Below, in pieces: positions 10,039-19,052 of a DNA stretch of 64,000 bases. The notes under the pieces were generated by a model. It had not been told where the DNA came from. It saw only the letters and a list, made by a program, of their open reading frames with translations, and ran no database searches. A program made the position numbers and the translations under genes. The first letter of the stretch is position 1, and every line of letters begins with the position of its first letter. Source of the stretch: an uncultured Mycoplasmatota bacterium (GTDB taxonomy: Bacteria > Bacillota_I > Bacilli_A > RF39 > UBA660). The DNA is taken from contig USRP01000001.1 in the NCBI GenBank assembly GCA_900557185.1, forward strand, positions 11-64,010, in the 5' to 3' direction.

Positions 10039-10205
10039 TTGACACATTTTAAATGTAAACTATGATACAATGACAATAGGTGGAGACACTCAAATTAAGA
10101 AGCGGGGTTGTGTAGTGTTGAAACGTTTTAATGTTTTATAAAAAGCTTCAATTCGATTGTGTCGGTAAGCAAAAAAAGAAGATGATTCTTCTTTTTTTGT
10201 TTGTC
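10039..10205 (+). other. Candidate short leader/sRNA unit: promoter-like ttgaca…tgatacaat followed ~100 nt later by an A-run/hairpin/T-run terminator, upstream of ORF 10234
   Basis: Extended -10 TGaTACAAT at 10063-10071 (-35 spacing 21 nt, suboptimal). agaag-tgat-cttct hairpin with flanking aaaaaaa/ttttttt at 10171-10199. Confidence 0.25.
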
Positions 10206-10233
10206 TTCGCATAAACTTTTAATAGGTGATAAG

Positions 10234-10632
10234 ATGAAAGACGATATTATATTAAACCCTTTTACCATCAGTTTGGATTTAGAAGATGCTTATACCATAA
10301 AAAAGGGAGAGCCTATCCCTTTTAATTTGATAGAAATCGACAAGTTAGATGAGATTACATACAATCAAGATAAAAACTATTTTCAAATTCATCATCCTGG
10401 TGATTATTATATCTCTTATCAAATGAAAACAGAAAAAAGATATCGTATTGATGTCAAAGGTGAGATTTCTTACTTTGAAGCTGATATTTTTCCCGTGGAA
10501 AAAATGAGCCATGGGAGTGGTATCATTACTGCTGTTCGTGAAAATATGACATTTTATTTAACATGTGATCAACATGATATTTTGTTTCAAACAGGAAAAC
10601 AAGCCACTGTTACAATCTTTAAAGTGAGATAA
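10234..10632 (+). CDS. Hypothetical protein
   Basis: ORF. The ATG at 10234 is preferred over the track's TTG at 10201, which lies inside the terminator hairpin. Confidence 0.4.
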   Translation: MKDDIILNPFTISLDLEDAYTIKKGEPIPFNLIEIDKLDEITYNQDKNYFQIHHPGDYYISYQMKTEKRYRIDVKGEISYFEADIFPVEKMSHGSGIITAVRENMTFYLTCDQHDILFQTGKQATVTIFKVR

Positions 10633-10633
10633 T

Positions 10634-10858
10634 ATGTTATTACGACTATTTGGTATATTAATTGGTTTTGGACTTACTGTGATTGGCAGTGTATATTTAA
10701 TTGCATATTTAAATTTGTTTTCATTTGGGTATAATTTCAGTGATTATGTTCATTTTATATGTGGACAGTTAGAATGTATTAATTTTATTTTAGGTATTCT
10801 AATTATGTTACTTTCAATTTATTTACCAGGAGGCAAAAAAGATGAACTATGTATATGA
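10634..10858 (+). CDS. Hypothetical small membrane protein (2 TM)
   Basis: Hydrophobic 74 aa ORF that is tightly packed in the operon. Confidence 0.35.
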   Translation: MLLRLFGILIGFGLTVIGSVYLIAYLNLFSFGYNFSDYVHFICGQLECINFILGILIMLLSIYLPGGKKDELCI

Positions 10859-11483
10859 CGTTTTATTAAATTTTCAGGATTATGCATATGAGTTTTATGA
10901 ATGGAATATCGATGATGAAATTACACATGTTAGAAAAGTACCAATGGTACGTATTTCCACAGAACAATTAGAAAAATTAAATAATTATCGTTGTCAAATC
11001 GCACAGTCGTTTGTAAAAAAGATAGAGAATAAAGCGGAAGAATTTACCAATCGCAGTGTTGAAAAAATTGCTTATCTCTTTCTAGCAACCGATACGAAAA
11101 GTGTGACTTCTTTTCTATTAAATCAAAAAGGAATTGTCGTAAAAAAGAGTAAATTATTAGTTGATGAAGAGGAAGAAGCTTTAATTATGAGTAAGACTCT
11201 TCCTTTTACTAGTTTTGAAATACGTAAATTAAGAAAACAAAAAGTAAAAGAGTTTGAAACAAGATATGATCAGAATATGAAGAAACGATTAAAACAAGAA
11301 ATTTATAAGTTAAATCAACAAAATGTAGAGAAGTTAAAATATTTATACTATGAATGTTTTAATGAAAAAGAAGAAGATCCGAAAAAGATTATTCAGAAGT
11401 TTTATACAGAGTTAAATCGTCATTATCAAGATATCTCTAAGAAATTGTTTATGGGGTTAGATTTATTAAAAGTAAATTATTAG
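10842..11483 (+). CDS. Hypothetical protein
   Basis: 213 aa ORF overlapping the preceding ORF. No family recognised. Confidence 0.4.
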   Translation: MNYVYDVLLNFQDYAYEFYEWNIDDEITHVRKVPMVRISTEQLEKLNNYRCQIAQSFVKKIENKAEEFTNRSVEKIAYLFLATDTKSVTSFLLNQKGIVVKKSKLLVDEEEEALIMSKTLPFTSFEIRKLRKQKVKEFETRYDQNMKKRLKQEIYKLNQQNVEKLKYLYYECFNEKEEDPKKIIQKFYTELNRHYQDISKKLFMGLDLLKVNY

Positions 11484-11486
11484 TGT

Positions 11487-11514
11487 TTGACAATTTAAAA
11501 AAACATGATATAAT
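11487..11514 (+). promoter_or_regulatory. Sigma-A promoter of asnS leader (ttgaca-16-tataat)
   Basis: -35 at 11487-11492 and -10 at 11509-11514. Confidence 0.45.
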
Positions 11515-11519
11515 GAAAC

Positions 11520-11745
11520 CATTAACAACCGAGAAGTGGAGAAGTATAAAAGAATTCTGTTTACTAGAAAGCTGGAACGATGGAAGCCGGCAAATAAGAG
11601 CTTTTAGAATAACACCATGGAGTTGGATATCTGAAAGATAGTAGGATATCACGTGAACCTGCGTTATGAGGTAAGAGATCAAGGCTACTTGAAAATAGGG
11701 TGGTACCGTGCGTTTGCGCCCCTATATCAAGTGCCTTTTATTTTT
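11520..11745 (+). promoter_or_regulatory. T-box riboswitch leader for asnS
   Basis: Conserved T-box sequence AATAGGGTGGTACCGTGCG at ~11693-11712, followed by a terminator-like GC-rich stem and U-run just before the asnS RBS. An AAC (Asn) triplet is present in the candidate specifier region (…ctggAACg…). Confidence 0.6.
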
Positions 11746-11758
11746 AGGAGGAAAAAAT

Positions 11759-13141
11759 ATGGATGTAAAAGAATTATATCAAAAATTAGAAACACTCATG
11801 GATCAAGAAGTAACTTTAGAGGGATGGATTCGTAATCATCGTAAACAAAAAGAATTTGGATTTATCGACTTTTATGATGGTACTTGTTTTGAATCTGTTC
11901 AATTGATTTACGATAATCAATTAGCTGATTTTGATGAGATTCAAAAGTTACGTGTTGGTAGTGCGATTCGAGTAGAGGGAATTGTAAAAGAATCTCCTGC
12001 CAAAGGACAAAAATTTGAAGTACATGTAAAAGCACTTACTTTGTTAGGGGATAGTGCGGAAGATTTTCCAATTCAACCAAAAAGACATACGAGAGAGTTT
12101 TTACGTGAAGTTTCTTATTTACGTCCTCGTACTAAGTTATTCCAAGCAGTATATCGTGTTCGTAGTATAGCTGCTATGGCAATTCACACTTATTTTCAAG
12201 ACCGTGGATATATTTATTTCCATGCCCCATTAATTACAGCTAACGATGGGGAAGGGGCTGGAGAAATGTTTAAATTAACAACATTACCACTTGAAAATAT
12301 TCCAAAAACAGAAGATGGTAGTGTCGATTATAAAAAAGATTTCTTTGGTAAAAAAGTAGGACTGACAGTAACTGGACAATTAGAAGCAGAAGCATTTGCA
12401 ATGGCATATAAACGTGTTTATACATTTGGACCAACATTTCGTGCTGAAGTATCTCATACGAAAACACATGCCTCTGAATTTTGGATGATTGAACCAGAGA
12501 TTGCTTTCTGTGATTTAGATCAGTTAATGGATATTGAAGAAGACATGTTGAAATATGTGATTTCTTACTGTTTAGAACATGCGAAGAGTGAATTTGATTT
12601 CTTTGATCAATTTGTAGAAAAAGGAATAAAGGAAAAGTTACAAGCTGTATTAGATAGTAAATTTGTTCGTGTTTCACATGAAGAAGTGATTCGTATTTTA
12701 AAAGAAGCTCCTGTGAAGTTTGAAAACGAACCAAAAGAAGGAGAAGATTTAGCAACTGAACACGAAAAATATTTAACAGAAGTATATTATAAAGCACCTG
12801 TTTTCATTACAGATTGGCCAAAGGATATTAAAGCATTCTATATGAGATTAAACGAAGATAAAAAGACAGTTGCTGCAGTTGATTTACTAGTACCAGGAGC
12901 TGGTGAGTTAATGGGTGGTAGTCAAAGAGAAGAACGTCTTTCTTACTTAACAAGTCGTATGGATGAATTAAATATGAAAACAGAAGGTTTAGAATGGTAC
13001 TTAAACTTAAGAAAATATGGAGGATGTGTTCACTCTGGATTCGGTATGGGATTTGAACGTCTATTAATTTATTTAACTGGAGTAGAAAATATCAGAGATG
13101 TTTTACCATTCCCTAGAACTCCAGGAAACTGTGAATTTTAA
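11759..13141 (+). CDS. asnS: Asparagine--tRNA ligase
   Basis: Class II aaRS with N-terminal OB anticodon-binding domain and motifs 2/3 (…FRAEVSHTKTHASEFWMIEPE…GGSQREER…). RBS aggagg upstream of ATG 11759. The track start at 11708 lies inside the T-box. Confidence 0.9.
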   Translation: MDVKELYQKLETLMDQEVTLEGWIRNHRKQKEFGFIDFYDGTCFESVQLIYDNQLADFDEIQKLRVGSAIRVEGIVKESPAKGQKFEVHVKALTLLGDSAEDFPIQPKRHTREFLREVSYLRPRTKLFQAVYRVRSIAAMAIHTYFQDRGYIYFHAPLITANDGEGAGEMFKLTTLPLENIPKTEDGSVDYKKDFFGKKVGLTVTGQLEAEAFAMAYKRVYTFGPTFRAEVSHTKTHASEFWMIEPEIAFCDLDQLMDIEEDMLKYVISYCLEHAKSEFDFFDQFVEKGIKEKLQAVLDSKFVRVSHEEVIRILKEAPVKFENEPKEGEDLATEHEKYLTEVYYKAPVFITDWPKDIKAFYMRLNEDKKTVAAVDLLVPGAGELMGGSQREERLSYLTSRMDELNMKTEGLEWYLNLRKYGGCVHSGFGMGFERLLIYLTGVENIRDVLPFPRTPGNCEF

Positions 13142-13142
13142 A

Positions 13143-13170
13143 AGAGAGTTACTCTCTTTTTTTGTATATT
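13143..13170 (+). terminator. Intrinsic terminator after asnS
   Basis: agagagtaactctct hairpin followed by ttttttt. Confidence 0.55.
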
Positions 13171-13208
13171 CATGACAAATATTACCATAATAAAAATGAG
13201 GTGAATAT

Positions 13209-13763
13209 ATGAGAAAAATATTATTAGTTGGTCTTTCTATTCTCTTTTTTGTAACAGGTTGTTCTTATGAGGGGACGATGTTAAATACACCAACCAAAAA
13301 AGTAGAGATGTTTTTTTCTAATTATCAAACACTAAATCAAGATGTTATGGATGATTTAGATAAAGTCGTTGATGAAGAAGAAAGATTTAATACCAAACAA
13401 AGAGAGACATATCGTGAACTCATGAAGAAACATTATCAAGCAATTCAATATGATGTAAAAGATGAACGTATCAATGGGGATGAAGCAGAAGTACGTACAG
13501 AAATTGAAGTGATTGATTATTCTAAAATATTAAAAAATACAGACCGTTACTTACAAGAACATCGTGATGAGTTCTTAGATGAAAAAGGACAATACGATGA
13601 GACAAAATATATGGATTATCGATTAGAACAATTAAAAGAGGCAAAAGAAACAGTCAAATACGATATGACATTTCACCTAACGAAAAAGGATAAAGAATGG
13701 CAAATGGATCCTTTAACAACTGAACAAGAACAAAAAATTTACGGTATGTATGATTACGAATAA
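13209..13763 (+). CDS. Hypothetical lipoprotein
   Basis: Signal peptide with lipobox (LFFVTGC). Acidic, charged mature part. Confidence 0.5.
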   Translation: MRKILLVGLSILFFVTGCSYEGTMLNTPTKKVEMFFSNYQTLNQDVMDDLDKVVDEEERFNTKQRETYRELMKKHYQAIQYDVKDERINGDEAEVRTEIEVIDYSKILKNTDRYLQEHRDEFLDEKGQYDETKYMDYRLEQLKEAKETVKYDMTFHLTKKDKEWQMDPLTTEQEQKIYGMYDYE

Positions 13764-13821
13764 AAGCATATTTTCTTTCATATGCTTTTTTCTTTTCGCA
13801 TATTTTTAATTAGGTGAGAGT

Positions 13822-14892
13822 ATGAAGAAATTAGAAATATTACTATTAACAATCATTTTTTTACTACCAAGCTCGGTACAAGCTATTGGGACGAGTGCAA
13901 CTGCGAGTATTTTAATGGATATGGATTCTAAGAGAATTATATATGAAAATAATATTCATGAAGTGCGTAGTGTAGCTAGTATTTCTAAAATCATGACGGC
14001 AACATTGGCTGTAGAAAGTGGAAAATTAGATAAACAATTAAAAGTAAATGATGTTGTATTAAAAGCCTATGGATCGGGAATCTATATTAAACCGGGAGAG
14101 AAATTAACACTGAGAGATTTAGTTTATGGATTAATGTTACGTAGTGGAAATGATGCAGCCTTGATGATTGCGGATTATGTGGGTGGTAGTGTTTCTAAGT
14201 TTGTCAAAATGATGAATCAAAAAGCCGTAAAGATTGGAATGAAAAATACGACCTTTCACAATCCGAGTGGATTAGATGAAGAAGAGGAAGTAGGAAATTT
14301 CTCAACGGCTTATGATATGGCAATATTAACGAGTTATGCGATGAAAAATAAAGAATATCGTAAGATTGTCGGTACTAAAAAATATACTTTAAAAACAAAT
14401 AAGAATACGTATATTTGGTATAACAAGAATAAATTACTGAATCAATATCAATATACAACAGGAGGGAAAACAGGATTTACAAAAAAAGCTCGTCGTACCT
14501 TGGTATCTACTGCTAGTAAAGATCATTTGAGTTTAGTTGTCGTTACGCTAAATGATGGCAATGATTTTCAAGATCATGAGAATTTACACGAATATGGATT
14601 TGCCAACTATAAAAAGTATCGTTTATTAAAAAAGGGTACAGTAAAAATAAAAAATGAGAAATATTATAAGAATGAAACTTTGTATATTAAAAATGATGTA
14701 GATTATGCCTTAAGAGAAGATGAAAAACAAAGTGTTAGACTATCTTTTCAACTCAATCATAAAAAGCAGTTAAAAGATGGTGGGAAAGTAGGAGAAGTAC
14801 ATGTAAAAGTAGGAGATGAAGTGGTATTAAAAGAGCCTATTTATGTAAAAAAAGAAAAAACTAAGAAAAAGGGATTCTTACATCTATGGTAA
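13822..14892 (+). CDS. dacB: D-alanyl-D-alanine carboxypeptidase (PBP5*-like)
   Basis: Signal peptide plus SxxK (SISKIM), SGN and KTG motifs of class A low-MW PBPs. Followed by spmA-spmB as in the Bacillus dacB operon. Confidence 0.75.
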   Translation: MKKLEILLLTIIFLLPSSVQAIGTSATASILMDMDSKRIIYENNIHEVRSVASISKIMTATLAVESGKLDKQLKVNDVVLKAYGSGIYIKPGEKLTLRDLVYGLMLRSGNDAALMIADYVGGSVSKFVKMMNQKAVKIGMKNTTFHNPSGLDEEEEVGNFSTAYDMAILTSYAMKNKEYRKIVGTKKYTLKTNKNTYIWYNKNKLLNQYQYTTGGKTGFTKKARRTLVSTASKDHLSLVVVTLNDGNDFQDHENLHEYGFANYKKYRLLKKGTVKIKNEKYYKNETLYIKNDVDYALREDEKQSVRLSFQLNHKKQLKDGGKVGEVHVKVGDEVVLKEPIYVKKEKTKKKGFLHLW

Positions 14893-15473
14893 ATAAAATA
14901 TGGGCTCTTTTTTTTATCATAGGAATTATTGTCAGTGTGATAACAGGGAGATTAGAAGGATTGAATGAAGTATTACTGAATAGTGCCAAAGAGTCTTTAG
15001 ATATGATATTGAAGTTATTTCCTATTATGGCTTTGTGGTTGGGAATTACTAAGATTGCTTCTGTATCTGGTTTATTAAATAAAATGTCACGTATGATTAG
15101 TCCTGTATTAGGAAAATTATTTCCAGAGATACCGAAAGGTCATGCTTCTCTTAGTTTGATTACTTCCAATGTGATTGCTAATTTTTTTGGACTAGGAAAT
15201 GCTGCTACTCCTTTTGGATTAAAAGCGATGCAGAAACTACAAGAAATGAATCCCAAAAAAGATACTGCAAGTCGTAGTATGATTACTTTTCTCGTATTAA
15301 ATACAAGTGGATTAACACTCATTCCAACGACGATTATCTCATTAAGAATGATGTATGATAGTAAAAATCCAACGGAAATTGTACTAGGATGTATTCTAGC
15401 AACCACTTGTTCTACCATAGCTGGTATGTGTATGGATCGTTTTTTAGCAAACCGACATAGGAGGCGTTCATGA
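14886..15473 (+). CDS. spmA: Spore maturation protein A (nucleoside-recognition/Gate-domain membrane protein)
   Basis: Polytopic membrane protein that overlaps the dacB stop. Conserved dacB-spmA-spmB order. Confidence 0.65.
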   Translation: MVNKIWALFFIIGIIVSVITGRLEGLNEVLLNSAKESLDMILKLFPIMALWLGITKIASVSGLLNKMSRMISPVLGKLFPEIPKGHASLSLITSNVIANFFGLGNAATPFGLKAMQKLQEMNPKKDTASRSMITFLVLNTSGLTLIPTTIISLRMMYDSKNPTEIVLGCILATTCSTIAGMCMDRFLANRHRRRS

Positions 15474-15994
15474 TTCAACTTGTTTCTAATTTAATTATTC
15501 CTGTTTTTGTTCTTGGAGTTATTCTCTATGGTGTATTTAAAAAAGTAGATGTATATGATACATTTGTCGATGGTGCTAAAGAATCATTTGATATGGCATT
15601 GACTATGTTTCCTTCATTACTCGCCATGATTGTCGGTGTCAATGTATTTATGAAAAGTGGTGTGATTGAATTTGTCTTTCAGTTATTAAAACCGGTTTTT
15701 GAATTTTTACATTTTCCTTTAGAAGTATTTCCGATGGCAGTGATGCGACCAATTAGTGGTACTGCTAGTTTAGCTATGTTAAATCAAATCTTTGAAAACT
15801 ATGGACCAGATAGTTTCCTAGGTCGTTTAGCGTCTATTATTCAGGGCTCTACAGATACGACATTCTATGTCATTACTCTCTATTTTGGAGTAATTGGTAT
15901 TAAAAAAATTCGCTATGCATTATGGGCGGGATTATTTGCTGATTTAGCTGGTATTCTCGCTAGTTTATTTCTCGTTGGAATTTTATTTCATTAG
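15470..15994 (+). CDS. spmB: Spore maturation protein B
   Basis: Paralogous Gate-domain membrane protein. ATGA overlap with spmA. Confidence 0.65.
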   Translation: MIQLVSNLIIPVFVLGVILYGVFKKVDVYDTFVDGAKESFDMALTMFPSLLAMIVGVNVFMKSGVIEFVFQLLKPVFEFLHFPLEVFPMAVMRPISGTASLAMLNQIFENYGPDSFLGRLASIIQGSTDTTFYVITLYFGVIGIKKIRYALWAGLFADLAGILASLFLVGILFH

Positions 15995-16048
15995 TTGTCA
16001 ATTTATATAATTTATGTTATTATCGTGTTTAGTAAATGTGGTGATGAG

Positions 16049-16771
16049 ATGGAAAGATTACAAAAAGTGATAGCCAATGCTGGTTATTGTAGTAGAAGAA
16101 AAGCGGAAGAAGAAATTAAAAAAGGACATGTTACAGTCAATGGTAAAATTGTTGTTGAACTAGGAACGAAAGTAGATAGTACAGATGTCGTAGAGATTAA
16201 TGGTACAGTCATTAGAAAAGAAGAAAAAAAAGAATACATTTTATTTTATAAACCAAGAGAAGTGATTACAACGGTACATGATGATAAAGGAAGAACAACT
16301 GTATTAGATTATATTGATACAACGGCTCGTATTTATCCAGTAGGTAGATTAGATTATGATACTACAGGATTATTACTTCTTACCAATGATGGAGAACTTG
16401 CTAATTTATTAATGCATCCAAAAACAGAAATTGAAAAAGTATATGTAGCCAAGGTAAAAGGAATTTTAAGTGCTCCAGAAATTAATAAATTAAAAAATGG
16501 AGTAGTGATAGATGGTAGAAAAACATCTCGTGCGAAAGTAAAAGTAAGAAAAATTGATAAAAAAGCTGGTACAAGTATTGTTGAAATTACAATTCACGAA
16601 GGAAGAAATCACCAAGTGAAAAAAATGTTTGAACATGTTGGACATGAAGTATTAAAATTAAAAAGAGAACGTTTTGCCTTTTTAGATTTAAAAGGATTAC
16701 ACTCTGGAGAATACCGTTATTTATCAATTAAAGAAGTAAAAAAATTATATGCTTTAGTTAGCCATAAATAA
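16049..16771 (+). CDS. rluB: 23S rRNA pseudouridine synthase, RsuA/RluB family
   Basis: N-terminal S4 domain (…CSRRKAEEEIKKGHVTVNG…) and catalytic VGRLDYDTTGLLLLTNDG motif. Start chosen at MERLQK. Confidence 0.75.
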   Translation: MERLQKVIANAGYCSRRKAEEEIKKGHVTVNGKIVVELGTKVDSTDVVEINGTVIRKEEKKEYILFYKPREVITTVHDDKGRTTVLDYIDTTARIYPVGRLDYDTTGLLLLTNDGELANLLMHPKTEIEKVYVAKVKGILSAPEINKLKNGVVIDGRKTSRAKVKVRKIDKKAGTSIVEITIHEGRNHQVKKMFEHVGHEVLKLKRERFAFLDLKGLHSGEYRYLSIKEVKKLYALVSHK

Positions 16772-16800
16772 AAAATGATCTGTACGATCATTTTTTTGTA
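16772..16800 (+). terminator. Intrinsic terminator after rluB
   Basis: aatgatctgtacgatcatt hairpin followed by tttttt. Confidence 0.5.
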
Positions 16801-16838
16801 ACAACCCACTTTTTATGTCAAATAAAAAAATGAATATC

Positions 16839-17042
16839 TTATTCATTTTCTTCTGATTCTTCTTGAATTGCTCCAACTGGACAAAGATCGATGGCTTCTT
16901 TTGCTTCTTCTAATTGTTCTTCTGTTAAGTTTTCTTTTTCTTTCGCAAGTCCATTGTCATCCATTTCAAAACACTCTGGATAACTACCAAAACAAGCTCC
17001 ACAACCAATACATATATTTTGATTTACTTTTACTTTTTCCAT
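16839..17042 (-). CDS. fer: 4Fe-4S ferredoxin
   Basis: CIGCGAC…C and …CPVGAI cysteine ligand pattern. Small acidic protein. Start at MEKVKV is preferred. Confidence 0.7.
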   Translation of the reverse strand: MEKVKVNQNICIGCGACFGSYPECFEMDDNGLAKEKENLTEEQLEEAKEAIDLCPVGAIQEESEENE

Positions 17043-17118
17043 TTTATCACCCAGTTCATTATACAAAAATACCGGGAAAAATACAAGGAAATGGTTTCAA
17101 AAAAAGTCGAATTATGTT

Positions 17119-17919
17119 ATGATAATAATACGAGGTGATGTAGATATGGCAAGTCGTATGGATAGATACCGTAATCAAGAAGTAGAGCCAACTGGTATGC
17201 GTACGAAAAGAAATGAACATTTATATGCCAGAGTAGAAGCACCTCTAGAATATTCTAGTGTCGAAGGTGTGGCTAGAATTGATAATACAAGTTCTGTTGA
17301 TATTAATAAGATTAAAGAATTATTAATGAGAGAAGAAGAACCAAAGAAAAGAGTCCATCCTATCATAGAAGAACAAGAGGATCTTGATGAAACGGGAGAA
17401 ATCGCAACGTTCCAAGATTTGGATGAAAAGAATTACGATATTAGAGATATTTTAAATAAAGCCAAAGGGGAAAGAGAAGAAGACGATGATGATCGTTATC
17501 GCTCTTTACAAGATACTGGATATGATATTTTAAAAAATATTAAAATTCAAAACCAAGAACTAGAAATTAATGAAAAAGAATTAAAACAAGTGGGAGATAC
17601 AACTCTTAGTTTATCTATGTTAGATAGTTTACGTGAAGATGGTGAAGATGAAGAATCGAAAACGATTCAAGATTTACTAGCTTCAGAAAAAGAATCATTG
17701 AATCAAGAAGACGATGATGATTTTGAAGAAGAAAGAACATTAGATAATTCTTTCTTTACGTCTAGTTTGAATTTTAGTGATGAAGATTTTAACGAATTAA
17801 GTGATGAGTTAGATGAACCAAAGAAAAAAGGAAATTTATTTGTGAAAGCTATTTTATTCTTAGTTATGGTAGCTCTTACGACGGCAGCGATTTTCTTTTT
17901 AGCAAATTATTTAAAATAA
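17119..17919 (+). CDS. Hypothetical highly acidic protein with a C-terminal transmembrane anchor
   Basis: D/E-rich 266 aa ORF ending in a hydrophobic helix (AILFLVMVALTTAAIFFLANYL). Alternative start at 17146. Confidence 0.4.
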   Translation: MIIIRGDVDMASRMDRYRNQEVEPTGMRTKRNEHLYARVEAPLEYSSVEGVARIDNTSSVDINKIKELLMREEEPKKRVHPIIEEQEDLDETGEIATFQDLDEKNYDIRDILNKAKGEREEDDDDRYRSLQDTGYDILKNIKIQNQELEINEKELKQVGDTTLSLSMLDSLREDGEDEESKTIQDLLASEKESLNQEDDDDFEEERTLDNSFFTSSLNFSDEDFNELSDELDEPKKKGNLFVKAILFLVMVALTTAAIFFLANYLK

Positions 17920-17920
17920 A

Positions 17921-17952
17921 ACGTTTTCTATTCTGTAGAAAACGTTTTTTGT
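17921..17952. terminator. Bidirectional terminator (aaaacgttttctattctgtagaaaacgtttt)
   Basis: Long perfect inverted repeat with T-runs on both strands between convergent genes. Confidence 0.5.
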
Positions 17953-19052
17953 TGTCTTTTCTTCATTGTTATCAATCGTAAATAAGTAATACTTGGTATG
18001 ACGAGAAAGAAAAGAACTAGGAAAAGAGGAAAATAGTTGGTTAAGAAATAGAGTCCTTCGGTATTATTTGGGAATATAATCGTACTTAGGAAAGTAATGA
18101 TAATGCATGCCAGTATTTGTATTAACATAAATATGTTTTCTTTTTTTATTTGGAAAGTTCTTTTAATACCTTCAGTGACAAAGAAAAGACAGAAAGTTAT
18201 AGAAATAAAGAAGTCAAAGATCCAACGAAAGGCAAGTGTACTTTCCATTCTTTCTAAGACACCAATAATACTGACGCGTTTTAATATATGGAATTCAGGG
18301 TATTGATAGATTAAAGTCATTTTAATACCAAATACTGCAATGGTGAAAAATAAAGCTGAGAAAGTAAATAAATGAATGAGAAAATATCCAATTTTCCAAG
18401 ATGTTTTCCAATTCTTCTTATCCCGTTCTGCAATCTGATTTTTTGGTATGATTGTAATTAGAAATAAAATCAGAGTACAATAAGCAAAGTAGTGAAAACT
18501 AGAGTTTAAAACCGTAGAGACTGGGGTTGTAAACAATGGTCTAAAGTTATACCAATGGACTTGTCCCATTAAACCAAATATACTAATAAAGTATAAAATA
18601 AGAGAGAAGATAATTAAAATTAATGAAACTCTAGCAATTCCTTTTAATCTTCTAATCAGTAGATAGAAAATAGGAATGATAAAAATAATGGCGATAAATA
18701 AAGTAGGAGTTTGATATAAATATTGAGAAGCAATAAAGATAATTAAATTCCAAAAGACGATTGTACCTAATAGAAAGACAAAGGCAATGAGTAGGATGTT
18801 GATTATCTTTCCTACTTTTTTACCAAAAGCATGTATATTTAATTCAATGATACTGAAATTGGGATTATAATTCATCAGATATTGGTAGAGTAGAAAAGGA
18901 ATTATACCAAGTAAAGCTCCGATGAAAAGACCAAATATACTATCTTGTTTAGCTATTTGAACTAACATTTCCATAGCTAAACCCATAAAACAAGAACGAA
19001 TGAGAAAATAAGATATAATGGATACTTGTTCTTTACTTAGTTGTTTTTCCAT
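17928..19052 (-). CDS. gerAB: Spore germination protein, GerAB/GerKB family (APC-superfamily permease-like B subunit)
   Basis: About 10 TM helices, 374 aa. Last gene of an A-C-B germinant receptor operon. Confidence 0.7.
   Translation of the reverse strand: MEKQLSKEQVSIISYFLIRSCFMGLAMEMLVQIAKQDSIFGLFIGALLGIIPFLLYQYLMNYNPNFSIIELNIHAFGKKVGKIINILLIAFVFLLGTIVFWNLIIFIASQYLYQTPTLFIAIIFIIPIFYLLIRRLKGIARVSLILIIFSLILYFISIFGLMGQVHWYNFRPLFTTPVSTVLNSSFHYFAYCTLILFLITIIPKNQIAERDKKNWKTSWKIGYFLIHLFTFSALFFTIAVFGIKMTLIYQYPEFHILKRVSIIGVLERMESTLAFRWIFDFFISITFCLFFVTEGIKRTFQIKKENIFMLIQILACIIITFLSTIIFPNNTEGLYFLTNYFPLFLVLFFLVIPSITYLRLITMKKRQQKTFSTE

Noticed and set aside
11708-11758. Track-predicted 5' extension of asnS (MRLRPYIKCLLFLGGKN…)
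   Set aside because: It overlaps the T-box conserved sequence and terminator. The true start is ATG 11759, preceded by AGGAGG.
12270-12797. 175-aa minus-strand ORF inside asnS, plus many similar antisense or embedded ORFs in the track. Examples are 67-288, 2564-3347, 5414-5605, 9224-9469, 15140-15478, 20383-20745, 21993-22470, 26663-26908, 29863-30147, 36909-37836, 39026-39496, 53967-55552, 56867-58837 and 61455-61815.
   Set aside because: They lie entirely within, or antisense to, long well-supported genes. They show low-complexity translations typical of AT-rich antisense frames and have no RBS, so they are considered spurious.
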